A stretch of DNA of 57,614 nucleotides, the filler included, from Dirinaria sp. TL-2023a (lineage: Eukaryota): the NCBI GenBank assembly GCA_051941275.1. It is 6 parts of 6 records of this genome, joined end to end, with 100 filler letters (N's around TTAATTAATTAA, not from the genome) between each part and the next. Parts side by side here need not be neighbours in the genome. Positions count along the whole stretch, not along the records: positions 1 to 9,543 come from JAVEBF010001038.1; positions 9,644 to 19,185 come from JAVEBF010001039.1; 4 more parts are not named here. One strand, 5' to 3'. This document shows, piece by piece, positions 1-10,231 of the stretch. A model generated the notes under the pieces. The model was given only the letters and a program-made list of their open reading frames with translations. It did no database searches and was not told the origin of the DNA. Within the stretch, counting starts at the first letter, position 1. Each line of letters starts with the position of its first letter. Position numbers and translations under genes: made by a program.

Positions 1-41
1 GTAATAAGTCACTAGGCCGTAAGGGTCAAAGTATCATGACA
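1..41. mobile_element. Probable terminal fragment of an LTR (cut by contig start)
   Basis: Ends in ...CATGACA at 41 where the tandem array begins. Its reverse complement (TGTCATGATACTTTGACCCTTACGGCCTAGTGACTTATTAC) resembles 3595-3628 (ATGACATTTTGGCTCTGACCTAGTTAATTTTAC). Confidence 0.35.
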
Positions 42-752
42 CTTCTTCAGAAATCATATTTCTTGACATCGCAAACTCGAAAAAGGGTTTCGATGTTTTC
101 TTCTCAAATAATTGTTTGAGATAGAAATAGCTTGTTGCTTCAGCTCTGAGATTGGAGATAAAGTCCACAGCGTAGAGTCAGACTCGACTTCGAGAAAGTC
201 GCTCTGATCGTTCCTCTCGATATTTATAGTATAGAGTAGCATGAACGAGTGATATATAAGATGCTAACGATGTCTGTCGAGCTGAAGATGACCGAAAAAC
301 AAAATAAATAAGTGATGTCCTTTTCGATCTACTCTTTTGATCAAAGATTGAGTTTATTCTTCTGTTCTCATCGCGTTATCGCGTTTCTCGATTTCTTAGA
401 TCTCGCAGTTGAGCATCGCTTGACGCTGTAAAACTGATCAAGAGAATCGATTTTCTCTTTGATGTCGTTGTTTGAGTCAGCAAAAAATTGTCTTTTGTCT
501 CTGAAATTAGAGATGTAGTGTGTATCGTAAAAACACTTGTCGAACTTCGAGATAAAGTATTTCTGAATCTTGCTTGACAGTATACGTCTGAATTTCAGAA
601 TTCGATTTTGAAACTCTCTCATATCTCTGTCCAGGATACAAATAAGTGCTAACAATATTCTCACGGGCTGAAGATAGTCGTAAGTGAAAATGAATAATGT
701 CTTTCTTAATCTACTCTTTTGATATAGATTAATTTTTTCTTCCTGTTCAGAT

Positions 753-918
753 TGTTACGATCGCCAGGTTGTTGTGATCAGATTTGATAGTTGCCAGCAT
801 AGACGGTTGCCGTCGTCTATGATTATGATTATCATCATGGCAATCGTTTGTATTTAGACAATCATTTGATAGTTAGAAACAAGCAACCTTTTTACCATCA
901 AAAAATTGCACCGTGACA
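753..918. mobile_element. Solo LTR (166 bp) with 5-bp target-site duplication
   Basis: Termini TGTTAC...GTGACA (imperfect inverted TG..CA ends). CAGAT flanks both sides (748-752 and 919-923). It interrupts a unit of the array. Confidence 0.8.
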
Positions 919-3589
919 CAGATTCTTGTATCGTGATTTTAAATTCCTCGATAAAGCATTTCTTGACGCTGTAAAGCTAATAAGTTAGATTCGGTTTTTT
1001 TATATCGTTGAGATTCGACGAAAACTTGTCTTCTTCTACAACTTAGACTTGTAGTGTCTATTGAAGAAATACAGACTCGACTTCGAGAAATTGTTTTAAT
1101 CGTAGTGCAGTCACACAAGTTGAAGATTCAAGATTAAACTTGTTTCCCTGCTCTCGTTTCGTGGCTTTTGGCTTTTAGTGAAGACTTGTTTGACGCTGTA
1201 AATTTGAGAAAGAAATTCGATCTTCTCTTTTCATATCGATGTTCGATTCAACGAGAATCTGTCTTTTTACTTTTTTATCAAAGATTCCAGGTTCAACGTA
1301 AAAACAGTATCGAACTTTGAGAGCTTTGCTCTGATTTTAACCAAGTTACGGCTGTACAGCAGCATGGACGAAGCGCACTTCAAATAGACAAGATGCTAAC
1401 GACGTCTCACGAGCTGAAGATGCACTAAAGCAAAGACTTGGTGATGACTTTCTCAATTTTTTTTCTTGTTATGATGTCGAGTTTTTTTCTTTCTTAGCAT
1501 TATTCTTTTTGAGTTTCTTCGATAGAACATCGTTTGACACTAGAAAGCTGAAGAGAACTGATCTTCTGTTTCATATCGATGTTTGATTTATCGAGAATTT
1601 ATCTTCTCTCTTAAGACGGACATGTAGTGTTCAGAGTAAAAATACATGTTGAACTTCGATAAAGTATAGCTGAGTTTTCTTTGATAGTATTAATCAGAGT
1701 TTCAGAATTCGACTTTCGAGTTTCTTTTTAATATCGCTGTGCGAATCATAGACAAAGTGCTAACAATATTCCTCGAGCTAAAGATAGTCGAAAACCAAAA
1801 TAGATAATGTTTTTCTCAGACCGCTCTTTTGGTATAAGATTAATCTTTTTCTCCGTTCTCGCGTTGCTGTTTTGAGTTCTCGAGTAAAACATTGTTTTCC
1901 GCTGTGATGCTGAAGAGAACTAATCTTCTCTTTGATATCGCTGTCTCAGCTAGCGATATCTTGTCTTTCTTTCTTCAACTGAGAAATGTAGAACGCAAGC
2001 GTGAAGGATTATCTCGATGATTGACAAAAGACATAGTTAAATTTTTCTGCACTTTATTCTTGATGTCGCTGTGCGAGTTTCAGTCAAGTACTATTCATAT
2101 TTTCAAAGATAAAGATAGTCGAGGGCGAGAATAAATAATATTCTTTTCGATCTGTTTCGAAGATGCGGGATTAATTTTGTTTCTCTGTTCGCGCTTTCTT
2201 GTTTTCGATTTTCTCGAAAAAGTATGACTTGATCTCGCAAATTCGAAAAAAGAAAATTTTCCGTGTCTCCTTTTTATATCTTCATTTTAGTTAACGATAT
2301 CTTGTCTTTTCTCTTTTAACTCCGAAGAATACTGCACAAAACATGTCGAATTTCGAGAATATTGCTTCGATCGTAAGATAGACACAGCGACACAGCATCA
2401 TTGACGAGTCAGAAAAGTGCTAATATTATCTCAGGAGCTGAAGATAATCGAAAGCCAAAATGAATAATGTCTTGCTTTATCTTCTCTTTTGATATAGTTT
2501 AAGTTTGTCTTTCTGTCTTTCCATCGTTGTTTTTGAACTTCTCGATGAAGACTCCCTTGACATAGCATATTTCGTCTTTCGATATGATATCAATTTTTTT
2601 TTGATTTTCTCATTGTCAAATCGATTCTTAAATTCTCTTGATAGAGTAATGCTGAATGCTTTGAATTTGATCAGAAAATTCGATTTTTTGATATATATCG
2701 TCGTTCGGGTCAGCGAGAACTTGTCTTTCGTTTCTGAGCTTAGAGCTGAAGTATGAAGTGTAAAAGATAATGTCGATCTGATCGAAAGATAATTACAGCT
2801 ATACAGCAGCATTGACGAGTCAGAACAATGCTAACATTGTCCCACGAGCTGGAGATTGCCGAAAGCGAAAATAGATAATGTCTTGCTTCATCTTCGCTTT
2901 TGATATGGTTTAAGTTTGTCTCTCTGTTCTCGCATCGTTGCTCTTGAGTTCTCTCGATACGTTGTAAAACTGATAATTAATTTCGAGTTTTCTTTCTATG
3001 TCGTTTTCTCAGCTAGCGATATCTTGTCTTGTTTCTTTTGATTGAGAAATTTAACACGCAAGCGTGAAAAAAAAGTCGAACTCCGAGAAAAGATAAATCT
3101 GAGCTTTGTCTAACAGCGTAAACTTGAATCTCAGAATTCGATTGTCGATTTTCTTTTTAATTGTCGCTGTGCGAGTTACAGACAAGAATTAACATTGTCT
3201 CATCAGTTCAAGATTTTCGAAGTCGAAAATAGATGATGTTTTGCTTCATCTTCTCTTTTGATATAGTTTAAGTTTGTTTCTCTGTTCGCGTATTATAATT
3301 TTCGAGTTCTCGCGATAAAGAATCGCTTGACACTGTAAGATAGTAAGTCTGACAAAGCGATTCGAGTTTCTTTTTTATGTGATTGCTCGAGAAAGCGGTG
3401 ATCTGTCTTTTCCTTTCTTTTCCAGAGATGTAGTGCGTAGAGTAAAGAAACGTGTCGAACTTCAAGAAGTTGATGTCGTTATATGTCGCGAAAAGCCAGC
3501 TATACAGCAGCATAAAGAGTCTCAGACGAGATGCTATCAACTTTTATCATTTTTTCTATCTTTATCCCTTTGCTTTTGACACTGAATAG

Positions 3590-3725
3590 GTTCTATGACA
3601 TTTTGGCTCTGACCTAGTTAATTTTACTCTTCTGTGGTTTTGCACCATGCACTTGGCGCGTTTCGCAACAATGTCGTTCTCACATGCTCCGGGTCCTGGT
3701 GGAGTGCTACGGAGCAGGTACAAGG
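3590..3725. mobile_element. Probable LTR relic inserted in the array
   Basis: GC-richer non-array segment whose left end resembles the reverse complement of 1-41. Ends and TSD are not resolved. Confidence 0.35.
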
Positions 3726-4198
3726 TTTGAGATTAAGTTTGTTTCTCTGTTCTCGTTTCCTGACTTTTGAGTTTTAGTGAAGACTTGCTTGACGCTGTGA
3801 AGCTGAAGAGAAGTGATCTTCTCTTTCATATCGATGTTTGAGCCAGCGAGAACTTCTCTTTAACTTTGAGCCTAGAGATGAAGTATGAAGCGTAAAGAAT
3901 AATCTTAATTTATGTGAGAGAAAGAATGTTCGAGTCGTTCTTAATTTTAAATTTTTGAAGCGCGGCTTGAAATCGTCCCTTGTTGTCTCTGTGCGAGTCA
4001 CAGTCAAGTGCTAATGATGTTTCAAAAGCTGGACGTAAATGAAAGAGAGAATACATGATATCTTTGTCAATCTGCTCTTTTGATATAGTTTAAGTTTGTT
4101 TTTCTCTTCTCGTATCGTTATTTTGAAGTTCTCTCGATAGAGCATTGTTAAACTCGATAAAGTTGAAAAAACTTTCTTTGATGTCTCTTTTTCGTATG

Positions 4199-4397
4199 TG
4201 TCAGGGGACGGATTTCAGCCCTCGTGGCTGTGGCAATCCGACCTCTTGACGATATCACCGATGTGGTTTCACATATCTGCTGACGTGGTTTCCTCACCCC
4301 CTGTTCAGGGGTGCGGCACGGCATTTTAGTTCTAGAAAACCCACTAGCAGGAACGCAGATTCTTTTCCTCCTTGTATTTCTGTCTCTTAGGTTGACA
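4199..4397. mobile_element. Solo-LTR-like element, copy A
   Basis: TGTCA...TGACA termini, GC-richer than the array, and alignable by eye with 5294-5490. No TSD seen. Confidence 0.6.
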
Positions 4398-5293
4398 TTC
4401 CTTTCTCATAGATCAGTGTCTCCCATACAGCCTCGACTTTTGACGAGTCTCAGACAAGTGCTAACGATGACTTCAAGCGGAAGATACAAGATTAAGTTTC
4501 TTTCTCTGTTCAGGCTCTCGTTTTGAGTTTTCGCAGTAAAGAATTGCTTGACGCTGTAAAGTTAGAAAATCAGATTCGATTCTTTAAGTCGTTGCGAGTC
4601 AGCGAACACTTGTCTTTTCTCTTTCAGCTTAGAGCTGTAGTGTCTATCGTAAAAGTACAGACTCGACTTTGATAACTTCTTTGATCCATAGACAGACTGT
4701 GTTATACAGCAGCATTGACGAGTCTCAGACAAGTGCTAACGATGGTTCCAAGCTAAAGATACAGGATTAAGTTTGTCTTTCTCTTCACGTTTTCTTGTTT
4801 TCTAGTTTCGATAAAGCATTACTTGACGCTGTAAAGTTGAGAGAAACATTCAATTTCACATTTGATACCGTTGTTTCAGTCAGCGAGAACTCGTCTTTTC
4901 TTTTTTTTTTTAACTCAGAGAAGTATTGCGCAGCATCATGAAGAGTGTCGAATTTAGAGAAAAAGTAAAACTGAGATTTGTTGGAGAGCAGAAATTTAAA
5001 TCTCAAGATTCGACTTTCGATCTCCTCTGTCATGTGGTCATTCGAGCTATAGACAAAAACTAAAGATGTCTTTAAACTGAAGATACAGGATTAAGTTTGT
5101 TATCTGTTCACGTTCTCGTGTCGTAAGATTTTAGTCATTGCAATAAAGCGATGCTTGACACTGCAAATTTTAGAAGATAGTTTTGATTCTTCTTTTCATG
5201 TCGTTGTTCGAGATAGTAATAGCTTGTCTTTTCTCTCCTGAGTCCGAGTTGTAGTGTTCAGAGTGAAGAACAATGTCGAAATTTGAGAGCTTT

Positions 5294-5490
5294 TGTCAGC
5301 GGATGGGTCTCAGTTCTCGTGACTGACAATTCGATCTCTTGACAGTATCGTCGATGTGACTTCATATGTCTGCTGACGCGATTTCTTCGCTCCTAATTCA
5401 TGGACACGACAGTGTATTTTAGTTCTGAATAGCTCTGTAGCAGAGTTACAAGTTCTTTTTCTCCTTGGACTACTGTTCCATAGATCAGGT
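5294..5490. mobile_element. Solo-LTR-like element, copy B (more mutated, right end unclear)
   Basis: Starts TGTCAG and aligns with 4199-4397, mostly with transition differences. Confidence 0.6.
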
Positions 5491-6399
5491 TTGAGAGAAC
5501 AATAGCTTGTCGTTCTAGCTTTGAGCTTAGAGATGAGTTGATTGAGAGAATTGATCTTTCTTTTTGATATCGTCGTTCGAGATAGCGATAGCAGATCTTG
5601 AATCTCCTGACTCGAAAGATGTAATCCGGGATGTAGAAGATGATCTCGATCCTTAGAGAAGGCATAGCCTAAAACTGTCTGGACAAGACACGTCTGAAAT
5701 CTAGGATGTCGCTTTGGCTTTCCTCTTCTGTGTCGCTCTTTAAATTAGCGTCATTGTATCTTTCTCTTTTGACTAATGATGTGGTTCGCATTATAAGAGC
5801 CAATGTCTGTCTTCGAGAAAAGATATAGCGGAAATTTTTTGGGCATCGAACAGGTAAAGTCCAATATACGAGTCTTTGTCTCCTCTTTCATGTTGCTGTC
5901 CGAGCTAGTAGCACTGTCTCTTGTTGTCCAGAAGATCAAATTTAAGAACAATGTCAGTCCTTGAAAGGTGATAGAGCTGAATACTTTTTAGCACCGCAAG
6001 CCTGGACGGCAGAATCCAGCTTTCAATCTTCTCCTTCTTCATGCCACCATTCGAGTAAGCAGCATCATATCCTCATTCTTTCAAGAGATACTAAGGTAGA
6101 CAATGTGAAAGAACTGCCTGTTCTTGGGAAAGGATATAGTGAATCTTTCTTAACATCACACATCTCTAATTCAGAATCCGGCTTTCGATGTCCTCTTTCG
6201 TATCGGTCTTTGAGTCAGTGTCACCATTCTTTTTCTTTAGGGTCGATCTGAGAGTTTTTGTGAGCACCGCACATCTGAAATTTATTATTCGAGAATCTGT
6301 TCTCTCTTTCATGTCGCTGTTCGACCTAGCGACATGATTTCTCGTCGAAGAAGCCTTGTCCAAGAAACTGTCAATTCCTGAAAAAAGATGTGACCAAAT

Positions 6400-9300
6400 T
6401 CTCCTTGGTGACGCGAAATTGGTATGAGACTTTCAGTCTTCTTCTATCCACTCTAGGAATCACCAAGACCTAATTCTGTCGCCATAGTCGTGCGAAAAAG
6501 AAAAAGGGATGCTGTGTTTTGCGATGATGTGTAATGGGTATCGTAGATACTATAGTCGAGTTCAAATTGAAATTTCCTAATTGACTTAAGTAATTTCCGA
6601 AAAAGTTTCTCGGTTTCATAGTATACCAAAAACCAGGGAGCCTTAGAACTCTCTTGGGTCCCGATACGAGAGCTCTGATCGATCTGCCTTCTCTCTCTTC
6701 AACAGAAATCTTGAACAGTTGCGTGTTAAAGCTGTGATGCTGAGACAGTCCTGAGGCTTTTTGAAACGAGCATTACCGCTCATATCATATTTCCTCGAAA
6801 AGTTGTTGCAGCGTCGCATATTTTCCCTTGTAACTATGTCGCTGGTTGAATTAAAATCGACAGTAACGAGCTGGCATTAGAGCATAGTGGACGAATTTGA
6901 TATCTTCATGCTCATCAGACGCTTGTCCATGTATATCGTACACTTCTTGCGACTGCTTCTTGGAAAGCTCGAAGTCTTCCTTTTTTTATCGTAAATACTG
7001 ATCGTTTCTTCTTTTCATGCTCTGGGGGTCGGTTTCGATCTCAATTTATTCAAGATTTAACCTAGAAAGAGGGGGGTCTTATATGAATGTAGAACGAGAG
7101 AGTGATGATTGCTGTTGATCCTTCTTCTTGAGCTGATCTTTCTTTGAAGACTTTGCTCTTTTTTCCTTTCTCTTGCGCTCTGGGTACTTGTCTTTGCAGA
7201 ATTCTTCATCTCCTTTTTACGTTCTCGTATTCATCTTGAGATGTATTTGTGCACTTGGTCCCTAGACAGACTGAAGGCAGTTTAGCGTGGCGATTTCCTT
7301 TGAGAATTTTGCTTTTCTCTCGAAGTATGACCTCGAAATGCTCTCGTGCACTTTGTCTTTAAGCACAATTGCGGCAGCTTAGTCTCAAATTATCATTTGA
7401 TAGTCTTGCTTTCCTCTCGAGGATTTCATTTCAGGAGGCTGGCGCTTTATCGAGACCTCGATCGACGCATGCTAAGGGTTCGAACAGTTGAACTTCGCTC
7501 TACAGATCTCGACATCGTTGCGTCGCTTAAAGCTAATGTCAGTCCCCGAGGGAAAAAAAACCTAGATTCTATTCACGATATGTCCGTCTTGGTCCTCCTA
7601 GCGTCTCAAAGTCATTGTCATTTTGCTCGCATCAAACATAAGATTCAAGTTTCGAAAATAACAACAGCTCGTGACTTTCTATGTTTTTCGAATCAGACTC
7701 AGTTTCTGGAGATATTAGCCCTGTCTGTAGCACTGGCCCCAATTTGCAATGCTGTGTCTTGGAATAGTATTATGTGGGCATCGCAGATGGGTATGCTGAT
7801 GGAAAACTTCTTGTTTAGGCTGAAGAGCTTATAGTCCGAGGGATAACGGTGGACCAGATACTTTCTCATCGAGGTGTTGAATTTTGAGATTGGCACTGGG
7901 CTGGCTTCGGTATGAAATTCCCCCGGGGACTCTTTGTTTTTTCGCTTGTTCTCTCGGCCTGCTTCTCTGGCTAGCTCGTTGAGTCCTAGGGAGGTAGGCA
8001 AGTTCGAATAATATTTCGCTGAGTATATTCTTCGCAGGAAACATTTTCTTTCAGGGAATCCTTCATCCGCCTGTGTCTTTGATGTTGGACAGACGGTTTC
8101 AAGAAGGAGAAGTGAGATGTCTTTCCTCTTGAATCGCCATAAGAGTTCTTCCAAGCGCCTTCCGCTCGCCAGGGCTCAACTGAGATCCTTGAAGAGCGAC
8201 GCTTCTTAGCGTCCTATGCTCTGCAGAATCCTGAGCTGTCTCTTAAGTGAAGTATTGAATTGAAGCCTCTTGTGCAAGTTGCCTCTCTCAATTGTATTCC
8301 ACGATGCTGTCTTTTGAAAATGGTTTGGCATCGTGGATTGATAAGCGAGGACAAACTCCGAGACGATCAAAATCCTCGTAGCGGATTTCTCTTGAAGGCC
8401 CCTTTTCAATCTGTTTTCTTTGCTGTTGAAATATAGTGATCTAGGAAAGATACTGTAAGCTTTCCTGACTATCTGCTTAGCATGCGAGCCTGAAAGCTGT
8501 CATCGCTCTCATATTTGGAACAGTTGAGTGTGTCGGGACCACGGCTTAATTTTTCCAGCTCCTGGACCACATTTTATTTCGCTCGCCTTCTTTCTCTTGA
8601 TAACTCACTCTGAGTCTTGGTATTGATGTTGCCATTGCTATCCAAGTCGGACATTTAGAAAACTTTTGTGTGTCGCGACTGCGGATTCATTTTTCCGGTT
8701 CTGACAACATGTGTTCTTCTGTTTCTTTTTCATTTTTAAGTGTTCTACTCTGAGTTTGGCAACCGAGTTTCGGTACTGCTTTGTGGGCAAGATAGATAGA
8801 TGGTTTGATTTTTTTATTTTGAGAAGAGTATTCCAGAAAGAAGAATTAAGCTCTTAGGACTGATAGATGAATGAAGTATATAGAGGGCTTTCTGTAGTCG
8901 TTTGAACATTGAGCTTTCGATACTCTCTGAATTCATCCCGCCAGCATAGAGACTCGACTACGAAGTCATCGGCTCATCGATCTGTTGAGAGACCTCGATC
9001 TCGGTCGTTGATCGTTTCCAAGAACGTAAACTGAAACTCCAGGTGAGCATAAACTCCTGCATTTTCTCTTGAAACAGAAACATACCATCGAACCTTTCGT
9101 CGAGAGCTTCATCCTCCCTTCAACGGATTAGAGAGATAATTTAGCGTGTTCAGCGCTGACAAAAATCGGTTATGGACGCTTAAGGCTGACTGTACTGGGG
9201 GAAAGTAAGGAGGATTCTTTTGTCATGAATGCGACGGTATAACCAGATGTCGGAATTTTGAAAAAGATTTTTCAATGTCTCTTGAATTCTCTGGTCAGAG

Positions 9301-9543
9301 CATTCATTAAGGAAGAAGTAACACCTCTTTTAACCTCAATTAAGATGCGACTATGGAAGCTGTCATTCAATTCTGTTCAGTTTGATAGAAAACGCTTCTA
9401 TGCGCGCGTTCTCTCGATCTTAAAACAGAGATCTAAAATAAGTGTCTTTCAAAACAGAAGCTTCATCTCTGTCTGTCTCTTGAAGATGCAACGGTCGCAA
9501 AGTGACGCTGCTCGTGCTTTGAATGGCAGGTTTGCAGTTTCGA
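6400..9543 (-). pseudogene. Decayed coding sequence(s) of unknown family
   Basis: ORFs 8206-8409 and 7699-8154 are in the same minus frame and separated by two stops (..SIGR*EASLFKDLS*ALASGRRLEELLWRF..). Further stop-riddled protein-like frames run to the contig end. No family recognised. Confidence 0.45.
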
Positions 9544-9643
9544 NNNNNNNNNNNNNNNNNNNNNNNNNNNNNNNNNNNNNNNNNNNNTTAATTAATTAAN
9601 NNNNNNNNNNNNNNNNNNNNNNNNNNNNNNNNNNNNNNNNNNN
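9544..9643. other. Artificial contig spacer N44-TTAATTAATTAA-N44
   Basis: Exactly 100 bp with a six-frame stop linker; five identical copies in the window. Confidence 0.99.
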
Positions 9644-9743
9644 GTTGATGGGGGTGTGGGAGATGATGAATGAGAAGGAATTGAGATTGCATGTGGATCT
9701 GGAGGAGGTTGTTGAGAAGGTGGAAGGTGGGATGATTGGATAA
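9644..9743 (+). CDS. Possible 3' end of an unidentified gene (partial)
   Basis: Protein-like frame LMGVWEMMNEKELRLHVDLEEVVEKVEGGMIG* from the contig edge, followed by T-rich UTR-like sequence. Confidence 0.35.
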
Positions 9744-10231
9744 AGGTTACGGATTTCTGTGCCAGGTTTTTGTGTTTGTGATGGAGACCTCTTTACTCAA
9801 TGAAATGAATTTCTTAAGAAACGACAGCGACTTGACAGTTTGAAACAGTACATGGCATTCACTCGGCGTTTGAGACCCAAGTCACTCACCATGTGTCCAG
9901 TTTAGCCCCGAGTCGTGGTGATCCGCAAGCGACTGCAGTAAGTCCACTGTCTCTTTTTTGTGGAAGGCCAAAATATGGAATTCTAATTGCTCTCAGACTC
10001 ATCTATGCCATTCACATAATAGCTAATTTCAAATAAACATGCACCACGCTCAAAACGACCAAGATATCTTGATGATCTCTTATATCAGCGATTGGATGCT
10101 ATAGCCGTCAGCAGCGCCACGCTCGACGTTTCCATCGTCATTGCAAATCTTGTGCGGCAGCTCAATCTCCCCAGTTATCGCTCAGAGCAACAATACCTCA
10201 GACCTCGAGGGAAGCTGAGGGCATAGGTACT

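Larger units (their letters stand above)
42..6400 (-). repeat. Degenerate AT-rich tandem/higher-order repeat array, apparently derived from a repetitive minus-strand coding sequence
   Basis: Recurrent landmarks such as TTGACGCTGT at about 420, 963, 1190, 3789, 4548 and 4823, plus repeated TGCTAAC, TCGAACTTCGAG and TTAAGTTTGT motifs at irregular ~0.25-0.6 kb spacing. Minus-strand ORF fragments share peptides (DSDMKE..ESRIL.F, FSKFD...THYIS). Confidence 0.85.

Noticed and set aside
9588..9599. Regularly spaced TTAATTAATTAA as a biological repeat or CRISPR-like array
   Set aside because: Embedded in fixed N runs; it is an assembly linker.
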